Origin: Verrucomicrobiales bacterium
GTDB lineage: Bacteria > Verrucomicrobiota > Verrucomicrobiia > Verrucomicrobiales > V1-33
Direction of reading: 5' to 3'
DNA: 64,000 nucleotides
NCBI GenBank assembly: GCA_038210825.1
Contig: JBBQWG010000011.1
Span: 29,877-93,876 of the forward strand
The position numbers were made by a program, and so were the translations under genes. The notes beneath the pieces were generated by a model. It was not told the origin of the DNA and did no database searches. It saw nothing but the letters and a program-made list of their open reading frames with translations. This document shows positions 1 to 8,557 of the stretch, piece by piece (position 1 is the first letter of the stretch; every line of letters begins with the position of its first letter).

Positions 1-1271
1 GGATCCGCCGGAGCAAGGGCTGTAGAAAGAGTGAGGGCATCAAATTGAATCCACGGGCTGTTCACGCCCATCGGGTCGACCCGACCGCCCCCTGTCCTGG
101 CAATGGAAAAGACATTGTTGCCCGCATGGAAGACGGGGCCCATGCCCGGCGCGGTCACGCCCTGCCGGGGTATCAGCAGTTCCACCTGCCGGTTGGAGGT
201 CACATGGGGCACCACGCCCACTGGAGTGCCATTGAGATATAACCGCACGTCATGGGTGCTGTTGGCTCCGAGGGAAAAAAGAATCGTTTTGAAGGAAAGA
301 TAGTCCTGCTGGGCCTGGGCCGGGGTCATCTGGAAATAGATGTCCACAGCCGGCCGGCCTGGCACCAAGGCCCTGGGAAATCCTTCAGTCGAAGCGGCCG
401 GGTCCGCCCCGTCATCCTTCCAGATTTCCGGATCCGGCCCGGCATGCACCCCTCCCCTGCCGGCTTTGCCCTGCACACCGGAATAATCTCCCGCCGCCGC
501 AAAATACTGCGGATTGTTATAAATATTCTGCTCCTGCTCAAACTCGGTGGTGGCATTGTTGAAATAACCGATCTGCCAGATCAACTCCGTGGGGGCCGTG
601 ACCTCCGCGGTCAGGCGCAGGGCATCAAACTGGATCCACTGGCTGTTAGGCCCAAGCGGGTCGACGAGGCCCCCGCCGGTGCGGCGCACCGACAGCACGT
701 TTCCTCCACTGTTGAAAAAGATGCCCGGCTGGTTTTTGGCAACATACAGTTTCAGGGGCGTATTGGCCCGGATGCCCAATTGCCGGTAAAAGGGCACATT
801 GTTGAAATAGAAAGTCAGATCGTGGGAGCTGTTGGCCCCAAGGGCAAACAGATCCGCCTCCAGCAGCAGCGCAGCGGAAGCTGCTTCGGTTTCGCCGAGC
901 TGGAAAAAAATGTCCACCACCGGCCGTCCTCCGGTTAGGGCCCGGGGGAAGCCATCCAGCGAGACCGACCAGTTGTGCGCCGAACCCGGATCTCCCGGAT
1001 CCACTGTGCCATTGGGGCCATCCTGCCACAATTCCGCGCCGGGACCGGCAAAGTTTTCCCCGAAACCAAAGTTGCCCTGAATGGCGGTATAGTCTCCCGG
1101 CTCCGCATAATACTGCGGTGTGTTATAAAGGTTGCTCTCCTGCTCGAAGTCGGCATTCTGGCCGTCAAACGAGCCTATCCCGAACACCATGGCCTCCGCC
1201 ACCAGAGGCATCGGGGCCAGGCTCAGGTTCAGGCACAGCAGAGGGAGAAACAAGGTCCGGCAGGAAGTCAT
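1..1271 (-). CDS. Secreted protein with two tandem ~190-aa repeat modules; 3' end runs off the window, so it is not in the ORF track
   Basis: Hand translation of the minus strand from ATG at 1271-1269 gives MTSCRTLFLPLLCLNLSLAPMPLVAEA (signal-peptide-like), then an open frame to position 1. Module 1 reads FGIGSFDGQNADFEQESNLYNTPQYY..GFPRAL..VDIFFQ..GANSSHD..RRTGGGLVDPLGPNSQWIQFDALRL. Module 2 reads WQIGYFNNATTEFEQEQNIYNNPQYF..GFPRAL..VDIYFQ..GANSTHD..ARTGGGRVDPMGVNSPWIQFDALTL. No family assigned. Confidence 0.6.
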   Translation of the reverse strand, partial: MTSCRTLFLPLLCLNLSLAPMPLVAEAMVFGIGSFDGQNADFEQESNLYNTPQYYAEPGDYTAIQGNFGFGENFAGPGAELWQDGPNGTVDPGDPGSAHNWSVSLDGFPRALTGGRPVVDIFFQLGETEAASAALLLEADLFALGANSSHDLTFYFNNVPFYRQLGIRANTPLKLYVAKNQPGIFFNSGGNVLSVRRTGGGLVDPLGPNSQWIQFDALRLTAEVTAPTELIWQIGYFNNATTEFEQEQNIYNNPQYFAAAGDYSGVQGKAGRGGVHAGPDPEIWKDDGADPAASTEGFPRALVPGRPAVDIYFQMTPAQAQQDYLSFKTILFSLGANSTHDVRLYLNGTPVGVVPHVTSNRQVELLIPRQGVTAPGMGPVFHAGNNVFSIARTGGGRVDPMGVNSPWIQFDALTLSTALAPAD

Positions 1272-1300
1272 GGAAGGTCAGGCGATGTATGTTATGCAGG

Positions 1301-2371
1301 TCAGGCGGCAGAGGGGTCCGGCGTGGGGACACCGGGGGTGGGCGTTGCCATGGGAAGACCGCCGGGCCATGGCCAGAGGGGTTCGGTGCGCGGGGCCCGG
1401 ATCCAGCCACGCAGGGGCAGTTTGCCTTCGCCGCCGGGAATGATACAGTAGATCCAGTTGCCGCGGGTTTCGAGGGGAATGACTTCGCTGCCGGCCGGCA
1501 AAGGGATGATGGTGGACGAGGCCTCTGCGGGGGCTGCGTAAGCCTGGGTTTCCTTGCCGGAGATCACGAGGCGTTGGGAGAGCGGGTGGGGATCCGTCCT
1601 TGATTGCCATGTCAGGATGGAGCCAAACGCGAGGACTGGCAGGACCAGCATGAGCAGAGCCACCAGCGGCCAGCGGCGCCCCGGCCGCGGAGGCACCACC
1701 AGCAGCCAGACGACCAGAAGGCCGGCCACCCATGCGGTCAGGATAGTGCCCTGACTGATCCACCGGGGACTGAGATGCGAAAAGGAAAGCAGGAAGGGAT
1801 CGAAGCTGAGGAAAGCCTGCTGGCGGCGCAGGGTGCGGAGATTCTGAAGGGTTTCCGGGCTGAAGGGCTGAAGCACCAGCGCCCGGCGATACCACAGGGC
1901 AGCCTGGCCCGGATTGCCAAGGCGGAATTCGATGTTCCCGAGATTGTGGGCAAGGGCGGCAGAGAGATGGCCCGCCCCGGCGATCGCCAGAAACTCCCGC
2001 CGGGCGTCTTCGATGGCTCCGGCCTTGTAGGCGATCACCGCACGATGGAAGGCCGCCCCGGGCTGCAGGGCCGGGTCGACTGCCTGCGGAACCGTCGGGG
2101 GAGCTGTTTCCTTCAGGGGGCTTTCCGCAGCGGCCGTGCCCTCACTCCCGGGAACCGGGGTGGCCGGAGGAGTGGCCGCCGGTGCCGGAGGAAGGGAGGG
2201 AACCGGGGTGGCTTGAGCAGGTGCGACCTGAGCTTCAGGGAGGACCCGGGCTTGAGGAGCCACCTCCCCAGCCGTGTTCCCCTTGGGGTTGACAGGAGTT
2301 TGGGCACCGGCCATGGGCACGGCAAGGCAGAAGGCAGCCATCAGCCAGAAGTGGGAACGAAGTCGGGACAT
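1301..2371 (-). CDS. batE: BatE-like protein: signal peptide, TPR region, TM helices, C-terminal SH3-like domain
   Basis: 356-aa ORF with signal-like N-terminus MSRLRSHFWLMAAFCLAVPMAGAQ. TPR-like stretch AFHRAVIAYKAGAIEDARREFL..LGNPGQAALWYRRALVLQP. Hydrophobic helices WVAGLLVVWLLVV and LVALLMLVLPVLAF. SH3-like tail GSEVIPLETRGNWIYCIIP..GWI. It is the last gene of a batA-B-D-E string with an 8-nt gap to batD. Confidence 0.55.
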   Translation of the reverse strand: MSRLRSHFWLMAAFCLAVPMAGAQTPVNPKGNTAGEVAPQARVLPEAQVAPAQATPVPSLPPAPAATPPATPVPGSEGTAAAESPLKETAPPTVPQAVDPALQPGAAFHRAVIAYKAGAIEDARREFLAIAGAGHLSAALAHNLGNIEFRLGNPGQAALWYRRALVLQPFSPETLQNLRTLRRQQAFLSFDPFLLSFSHLSPRWISQGTILTAWVAGLLVVWLLVVPPRPGRRWPLVALLMLVLPVLAFGSILTWQSRTDPHPLSQRLVISGKETQAYAAPAEASSTIIPLPAGSEVIPLETRGNWIYCIIPGGEGKLPLRGWIRAPRTEPLWPWPGGLPMATPTPGVPTPDPSAA

Positions 2372-2379
2372 GAAAAGGG

Positions 2380-4116
2380 TTAGAGCTGACTGAGGATTTC
2401 GAGGGAGCGGCGGCGTTCTTCGTCGGAAACGGGTTGGCGGGCTGCGTCATCTTCGGGTCCATAGAGCCAGCGGTCGCGGGCAGTGGCAATTTCCTGCAGG
2501 GCGGGGCCAGGTGCGGGGGGGCGTTTCAGATGCCATGGGGCGGCCTGCAGGTATTCGTTGACGAGGGCATGGAATTCCCGCCGGCCGGGAGTGCCGCGGC
2601 GGAGATCGGCCAGGATCTGCCACAACTCGCGGGGGGTCCCGGGAGCCGGTTGCCGGGCCGCTGCTGCCGCCCGGAGCCGGCGGCGCACCCCCCCCCCTAG
2701 CAGCAGGAGCAGAAACGCTGCAGGGACCCCATGAAGCAACCAGGGATGGGTGGGAGCGGCGGCGGCCGTGACCATCACCCAACGGCCCGCAGGCAGCGGC
2801 TGGTCCAGAATGTCGCCTAACTCCTCGGTGGGAGCCGTCGCATCCACCGGGCCGGAGAAATCGCGGGCGCCCATGGTGGCCTCCCCCGCAGGTTTGAACT
2901 CGCCAGTAACCGTCAGGGCGATGGGCTGGGTGCGCTTGGTGACATAGCTGCCCCGCGCCGGATCAAAATAATGCAGGACAAAGGCGGGAATTTCCGTGTG
3001 GAGCTTTTCCGGAATCAGGATTTGGGTGAAACGGATTTGTCCGGGTTCGGTGCCCCACGAGCGGTTTTCCTGACTGACACGGGCTTCATAGAGCCGCCAG
3101 CCGTCAGGATTTTCCATGGCGGGCGGGGTGATCGCGTCAAAATTACCGGCACCATGGATGGCAATCTCCACCGCGATGGGGTCACCCGCCTTGAGGGTCA
3201 CGGGGGACGCTTCGGTTTCAATTTCAAAATCACCGACGGTCCCGCTGAAGTCAGGGGGCCTGCCCTCGAGGGGGAGTTCCTTGACATTGACGGGGACGGT
3301 ATTGCTGGTGAGGGTGAGGCTGCGGCGGTTCCCCTGCTGACGGCCAAAAGGATCGCCGATACTGGAGGGATCGGGGATGAGGAGTTCCGCTTTGATCTCG
3401 GCGGGACCGACCTCATGGGCTCCGGCCTGAAGCGCGGTGAGGACACTTTCCATCTGCCATGCCCGCCAGATCTGCCCATTGACTTCGCGGGCTTCAAGGC
3501 CGGCGGAGCGGTCGAAGCGGTTCACCGCAAAGTTAGGGGTTTTCACCTGCGGAAAAAACTGGCTGAGGGGCTGGACCGCCGGATGGACGAGGATGGTGAC
3601 GCCAACAGGAATCACTTCGCCCTTCCAGAACTCGGTCTTGCCAAGGGTGAGTTGGACCGTGGGGAGCAGTTCGTCGTTCACCTCCGGGCCCTCGGTGACC
3701 GTGACCCTGACCGCCGCAGCTTCAAGAGCGGTGCCTCCGACCGAAAAAGACTGTGGGGGAATCTCGTAGACGCCGGGCTCGCTGCTTTGCACCGTGTAGC
3801 GGATTCCGATCTCGACACGGCGCACGCCATTGTTGAGGGAAACGCGCTGCGTTTGCCCATTGTAGACGATGGAGAGACCGGCCACTTCAATGGTCTGCGG
3901 AAACTCATCCACCACGCCCTGCGCACCAACAATTTGATAGGACAGCACCACCTGCTGGCCTGGGGAGAAACTGGAGGAGGAAACCGAAGGTGAGACGAGG
4001 GGACCGTCCGCCGGAACCGGAGCACCCGGCTCCTGGACTGGAGCAGGACCCTGGGCCATCGACCATGGGGGCAGCGCGGTGGAAAGAAGGAAACAACAGC
4101 AGAGGGGACGGAACAT
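2380..4116 (-). CDS. batD: BatD-like oxygen-tolerance protein (secreted, C-terminal TM anchor)
   Basis: The ORF track extends to 4545, but that Lys/Arg-rich extension overlaps the upstream gene. The internal ATG at 4116 (cat at 4114-4116) gives MFRPLCCCFLLSTALPPWSMAQ, a signal peptide. The protein has a long beta-rich ectodomain and a C-terminal TM (WLLHGVPAAFLLLLLGGGV) followed by RRRLR. Position is between batB and batE. Confidence 0.65.
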   Translation of the reverse strand: MFRPLCCCFLLSTALPPWSMAQGPAPVQEPGAPVPADGPLVSPSVSSSSFSPGQQVVLSYQIVGAQGVVDEFPQTIEVAGLSIVYNGQTQRVSLNNGVRRVEIGIRYTVQSSEPGVYEIPPQSFSVGGTALEAAAVRVTVTEGPEVNDELLPTVQLTLGKTEFWKGEVIPVGVTILVHPAVQPLSQFFPQVKTPNFAVNRFDRSAGLEAREVNGQIWRAWQMESVLTALQAGAHEVGPAEIKAELLIPDPSSIGDPFGRQQGNRRSLTLTSNTVPVNVKELPLEGRPPDFSGTVGDFEIETEASPVTLKAGDPIAVEIAIHGAGNFDAITPPAMENPDGWRLYEARVSQENRSWGTEPGQIRFTQILIPEKLHTEIPAFVLHYFDPARGSYVTKRTQPIALTVTGEFKPAGEATMGARDFSGPVDATAPTEELGDILDQPLPAGRWVMVTAAAAPTHPWLLHGVPAAFLLLLLGGGVRRRLRAAAAARQPAPGTPRELWQILADLRRGTPGRREFHALVNEYLQAAPWHLKRPPAPGPALQEIATARDRWLYGPEDDAARQPVSDEERRRSLEILSQL

Positions 4117-4141
4117 GGTGGGGGTTAATTTAAGCAGGGAC

Positions 4142-6205
4142 TTACCAATCCCTTGCAGGACGGGTTTCGCGGCCTTCCTCAATTCGTGGGCGGACCCGGA
4201 AATCCTCGTCGGACAAGCGCTCCAATTGGCGTTTGGCTTCGGCCGCACTGAAGCCGGTCTCGGGATTGATCTCGTCTTCGCTATCCGTTTCAGAGTCGCC
4301 CTCTTCGCCGGGTTCATCCCCGGGTTCCTTGCCATCCTTGCCATCCTCGCCCCCGGGATTTTGTTCCCCGATTTTGCCCTCCTTCTCCTGGTTGCTCTTT
4401 TCGCGGGCCGCTTTTTCCTTTTCTCCTTCCCCTCCCTCGCCTTCGCCCTGTTTTTTCCCTTTGCCTTCCCCTTCCTCTTCGCCGTCGGAACCGGTGCCGC
4501 CTTCCTCATCTTCGCCCTCCCCTTTGCCTTTGCCAGGAGATTCACCTTCCGCCTTCCCTTTTTTGGCCTTTTTCTTTGCCTTCCCCTGTTGTTGGGCCAT
4601 GGCCTCGCGGATGTCCCGGAGCTTCTGGATCAGGGCATCGGTGGTGTCGTGATTGGCTTGAAAGTCCTCGTCACCAGGCTTCAGGATGAGGGCCTGCTGG
4701 TAGTTTTCGAGGCCGTTTTCCAACTGGCGGATCAGACCATCGAGGAAGCTGAGCTTGGCGAGGGTTTTGGGTTTGGCCTCCTTGGCCAGGGTGGCTGCTT
4801 TCTGATAGATGCTGTTGCCCAAATTGTAGTGGGCCTGGGCCCGCAAGGCCAAATCATCCGTCAGGACGGCACTGCCAAAGGCATCTGCGGCCAGATCGTA
4901 GTCTTTTTGTTTGAAGGCGGCCGCCCCGCGGCCGAATTCCACCACCGGATCGCCACCACCGACCACCGGGGCGGCGGTCTCAGACGAGGCAGTTCGTTGC
5001 TGAAAGTTGTGCAGGGCTGCTTCGTAATCCCCCGCCGTATAAAATGCCCAGGGATTCCCCTGCGGCAGTTCCCGCTTGGGGGGATCTGCCGCCGCACGGC
5101 TGGTCCCGGGCTGGAAACATAACGCGATCGTCAGTAACGCCACGGCGGCTGGCAGAGGGGGCGGAGAAGTCCGCCGGGGTCCCGCCGGAGCGCCAGCCCC
5201 GCGGGAACCGGTATGGCGCTCGACGATGCCTGCGATCCATGCTCCGAAGAGCAGGAGCAATCCGGCTCCCAATGGCCAGCGGTAACGGTCGAGGGCTTTG
5301 CGGGTAAGTTTACCTTTCATAGCGGTGCGTTCAAGGTTTTCGAGGATCAGATCAATCCGGCGGTCATTCACGCCATCGCCATCGAGGGGAAGATACAGCC
5401 CTCCGGTGGTGTTGGCTATCGAAAGCAATACGTCCCGTTCCAGCCGGGATACCACCGGTTTTCCCTCCCGGTCACGGTAAAATCCCCCCGGAGCTTCCGG
5501 ATCCGGAATCAAGGCTCCGGCTGCGGTGCCGACTCCGATGGTAATGATGGTCATGTTTTTCTCCTTGGCCCGCTGGGCTGCCGCAAGGGTGGTGCCTTCG
5601 AGATTTTCCCCGTCGCTGAACAGGATCAGGACCTGCTGTCCGGTGGCTTCCGCTTTGGCAAACGTCTCAAGGGCGAGGTCGATGGGCCGGGCGAGATTCG
5701 ACCCTCCCCGCGGGATGATTTCGATGTCCAGGGAGTCAATGCTTTCCAGCAGCGCATCAATGTCCGGCGTTACCGGGGCATACATAAAAGCAGTTCCGGC
5801 GAAGGGCATCAGCCCGATGCGGTCGCCGCGGAGGCGCTTCACCAAATCGGTGGCAGCCAACTGGGCGCGCACCAGACGGTTGGGTTTCAGGTCCTCCGTG
5901 AGCATGGAACGGGAGGTGTCGATGGCCACGATCAGACTGCGGCCGCCCCCGCCGGATTCCTCTTCCTGAAAGCCATATTGGGGCCGGGCGAGCGCGATGA
6001 TGAAGCACGCGAGGGCTCCCAGTTCCAATGCCAGGACCAGCCAACCCCGCCCCCGGCCCCGGGCCACCAGCAAGCCCGGCAACAGCCGGGGCGATGCCAC
6101 CCGGGCCGCCGCCTGGCGCGAGCGCAGGTCCCCCCAGGCTTTCAACCCCGCCAGAAAGGGCAGGAGCAAAAGCAGCAGCAGCAGTTCAGGATGGGCAAAG
6201 GACAT
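4142..6205 (-). CDS. batB: BatB-like vWA protein fused to a BatC-like TPR region and a long Lys/Glu/Gly-rich tail
   Basis: N-terminus FAHPELLLLLLLLPFLAG. vWA MIDAS-type core SLIVAIDTSRSM..IGLMPFAGTAF..ILFSDGENLEG. A second TM, then TPR-like AFYTAGDYEAALHNFQQ..HYNLGNSIYQ..NYQQALILKPGDEDFQ. The last ~150 aa are low complexity (KAKKKAKKGKAEGESPGKGKGEGEDEEGG...). Confidence 0.7.
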   Translation of the reverse strand: MSFAHPELLLLLLLLPFLAGLKAWGDLRSRQAAARVASPRLLPGLLVARGRGRGWLVLALELGALACFIIALARPQYGFQEEESGGGGRSLIVAIDTSRSMLTEDLKPNRLVRAQLAATDLVKRLRGDRIGLMPFAGTAFMYAPVTPDIDALLESIDSLDIEIIPRGGSNLARPIDLALETFAKAEATGQQVLILFSDGENLEGTTLAAAQRAKEKNMTIITIGVGTAAGALIPDPEAPGGFYRDREGKPVVSRLERDVLLSIANTTGGLYLPLDGDGVNDRRIDLILENLERTAMKGKLTRKALDRYRWPLGAGLLLLFGAWIAGIVERHTGSRGAGAPAGPRRTSPPPLPAAVALLTIALCFQPGTSRAAADPPKRELPQGNPWAFYTAGDYEAALHNFQQRTASSETAAPVVGGGDPVVEFGRGAAAFKQKDYDLAADAFGSAVLTDDLALRAQAHYNLGNSIYQKAATLAKEAKPKTLAKLSFLDGLIRQLENGLENYQQALILKPGDEDFQANHDTTDALIQKLRDIREAMAQQQGKAKKKAKKGKAEGESPGKGKGEGEDEEGGTGSDGEEEGEGKGKKQGEGEGGEGEKEKAAREKSNQEKEGKIGEQNPGGEDGKDGKEPGDEPGEEGDSETDSEDEINPETGFSAAEAKRQLERLSDEDFRVRPRIEEGRETRPARDW

Positions 6206-6223
6206 GCGGGAAGCTCGGAGATA

Positions 6224-7237
6224 TCAGGGATTTCGACGCAGCAGAGTCTGGCCGAGGAGAATGGCAAGGGCAGCCAGGAGCACAGCCGCAGCCAGGGGCC
6301 ACGGATAAAGTTCATCGACGAGAGTATTGCGGCGGACGTTCAGCTTGGTTTTTTCGAGGCGGTCGATCTCTTCAAAAATATTGGCGAGAGCCTGGGCATC
6401 GCGGGCCGGGAAAAATTTGCCATTGGTGATTTGGGCCACTTCCTTGAGGGTTTCCTCATCAAATTCCTGACGGACCCCGACATACTGGCCATCCGGCGTG
6501 GGGATGGGCACCTGATGATAGCCGGCGGTGCCGATGGCGATGGTGTAAATCTTGATGCCGAGCGTTTTGGCGAGGGTCGCGGCATCCCGTGGGCTGATCT
6601 TGCCGGAATTGTTGGCCCCGTCGGTGACAAGGATGATAATTTTTGATTTCGAATCCCGGTTGGTCAGGCGTTTGGCGGCGGTGGCGAGGGAGGATCCAAT
6701 GGCGGTGCCCATGTCCCGGGTCTGATTGAAGCCGATCCGGTCCAGCGTCATCATGAGCCAGTCCTGGTCCAGGGTCAGGGGAGAGGCCAGATAGGGCCGT
6801 CCCGAAAACACGACAAATCCGATGCGGTCGCTGCGGCGGCCGCGGATAAAATCCCGGGTGACCTTTTTGGCTACCGTGAGCCGGTCCACCTTCTGATTCC
6901 CGATGGACATATCCCGGATCGACATGCTCAGGGAGAGGTCGAGGGAAAGAAAAATTTCGACACCGCTTTCCTCGATCGTTTCCTCGGTGCGGAGATTCTG
7001 CGGGCGGGCCATCGCGAGAATGGCGCAGGCGAGGCTGAGCAAGGTGAGGCCCAGCACAAATCCGCCCATGGCCTGCCGGGTTTTTGAGCCGAGGCCGCGC
7101 AGCAGGGGCACCGGGGAAAACCGAACCGCCGACAAGCGGCCTGCCCGGGCCCTTAGGATGGCCAGCAGCGGAAGCAACAGCAGCAGCCATAGCCAGCCCG
7201 GAGACTCGAATCGGAAATTATCAGGCAACAAGGGCAT
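6224..7237 (-). CDS. batA: BatA-like vWA-domain membrane protein
   Basis: 337 aa. N-terminus FRFESPGWLWLLLLLPLLAIL, second TM, vWA core VEIFLSLDLSLSM..RIGFVVFSGRPY..IIILVTDGANNSG, C-terminal TM. It is the first gene of the Bat string. Confidence 0.75.
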   Translation of the reverse strand: MPLLPDNFRFESPGWLWLLLLLPLLAILRARAGRLSAVRFSPVPLLRGLGSKTRQAMGGFVLGLTLLSLACAILAMARPQNLRTEETIEESGVEIFLSLDLSLSMSIRDMSIGNQKVDRLTVAKKVTRDFIRGRRSDRIGFVVFSGRPYLASPLTLDQDWLMMTLDRIGFNQTRDMGTAIGSSLATAAKRLTNRDSKSKIIILVTDGANNSGKISPRDAATLAKTLGIKIYTIAIGTAGYHQVPIPTPDGQYVGVRQEFDEETLKEVAQITNGKFFPARDAQALANIFEEIDRLEKTKLNVRRNTLVDELYPWPLAAAVLLAALAILLGQTLLRRNP

Positions 7238-7444
7238 TGGCTGGAGGGGGATCCCGCAAAAGGCAGCAGAAGGGAAATTGGTTGAGCACGATAAACGACT
7301 GCGCCCGGGGAATAATACCGGATTAGCGTCCGGTGCGATGGCTTTTTGCTGTCAGAGGCAACGAAATTCCCCGGCCTGCCGCCCAGCGGCGTGCCCCGGG
7401 CCGTGCAAATGATGGATTTCGTCCATTCCCCGGGGCGCTGCGGT

Positions 7445-8434
7445 TTAGGGTTCTGCTTTTATGCCGCCCCTTAGTTTGAGCCCCATTTCCAACCCATTTT
7501 TTTCCAGGGTAGCCTGCTGTTCCTGATGGGTCCGGAAGACCTCGAGTTGCTCCGGTGAGAGAATCGACTCGACCCGTCCAAGGATTTTGGCCCGCAACTC
7601 CACTTGTTGTTCCTGGAAGCGCTGCAAATTGGCTTCGGTAAAGGAATCGAAGTCGACGTTTTTCTGATCAGAAAGATCGGTGTCGTATTTGAAGTTGGTC
7701 CGCTCCTGATACATGGCGTCCATCAGTTGGGATTCCGCCTCTTCAGTGAGGCCGAGTCCTTTGTCCTTCAATTGCCCGTTCAAGGCACTCAACTGCTGCC
7801 GCTCCGGCTGGGATTTTTCGTAGGCCTCAAACTTGGCGTAGTCTGCGGTGCCCAGCAGTTCCTTCAGGGCCTTTGCCGAAGCCTCGGTGGCTGCCTTCAT
7901 GGCTTCAGTCTTCTGTTTTTTCTCTTCAGGAGTTAATTTGTTGCCTCCTATCATGTCCAAACCCAACTCCATGCCCGCTCCGTCGCGATCGGCGAGGAGC
8001 TTCGACAACTGATCCTGTTTGCTTTCATCCAGCCCTAAAAGGTCAAATAGGTCCCGATACATCAAGTCCACCTGCGAGCGCATATTGGACCGCATCACTT
8101 CCTGCATCGCGGGGTCCTTCATCATTTCCACCATGGCCGCCAGGGGATTCTCGTCCTTCACCACCGGACCGGTTGATTTTTCCTGCGCCTTCTTTTCTTC
8201 CTCCAGTGCTTTGGCGTGGTCCGGCCCCAAACCTTCCGGACCGTCCGATTTCACATCGGTTTTGGACTGCAGCGCAACCTTTTTTGTGGCGGAAATCTGA
8301 TAGGCATCCCGTTCCTGGGTCACCATGGCCAGCCTTGCTTCCAGCAGCCTGCGCTGACGCTGTTCATAGGTTGCCCAGCCACCCAGTCCCATCGCTGCCA
8401 GCAGCAGCACCATCGAAAGTCCGTTGAATTTCAT
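7445..8434 (-). CDS. Hypothetical membrane-anchored, highly charged alpha-helical protein
   Basis: 329-aa ORF with a single N-terminal TM (MKFNGLSMVLLLAAMGLGGWA). The rest is rich in E/K/Q/L with coiled-coil character. No recognised family. Confidence 0.5.
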   Translation of the reverse strand: MKFNGLSMVLLLAAMGLGGWATYEQRQRRLLEARLAMVTQERDAYQISATKKVALQSKTDVKSDGPEGLGPDHAKALEEEKKAQEKSTGPVVKDENPLAAMVEMMKDPAMQEVMRSNMRSQVDLMYRDLFDLLGLDESKQDQLSKLLADRDGAGMELGLDMIGGNKLTPEEKKQKTEAMKAATEASAKALKELLGTADYAKFEAYEKSQPERQQLSALNGQLKDKGLGLTEEAESQLMDAMYQERTNFKYDTDLSDQKNVDFDSFTEANLQRFQEQQVELRAKILGRVESILSPEQLEVFRTHQEQQATLEKNGLEMGLKLRGGIKAEP

Positions 8435-8557
8435 GCCGGAAATTTAGCGGTCTGGCGCTGGGATGCAATCCTTTCCACGCGGGTTCCCTCCTTGCAAAGG
8501 TTGCCGGCGGTAAAAGATGGCCCGCGCAGTTTGCCGGGATGATGCTATGGACGCGGC

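Noticed and set aside
4117-4545. N-terminal extensions of track ORFs: 2380-4545, 11763-14384, 15021-16631, 28045-31899, 41560-42597, 43788-45485 and 61851-62879.
   Set aside because: The extensions overlap the upstream gene or intergenic repeats and have biased Arg/Lys/Pro composition. In each case an internal ATG, verified in the sequence, gives a canonical N-terminus or signal peptide right after the upstream stop.
5213-6646. 477-aa plus-strand ORF antisense to batB/batA. Similar long antisense ORFs occur at 8604-9872, 11838-13136, 31378-33018, 35562-37478, 39136-40677, 45513-46418 and 53946-55460.
   Set aside because: Each lies opposite a gene with clear family motifs. Their products are Gly/Arg/Ala/Pro-rich with no motifs. 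Long stop-free antisense frames are expected at >60% GC.
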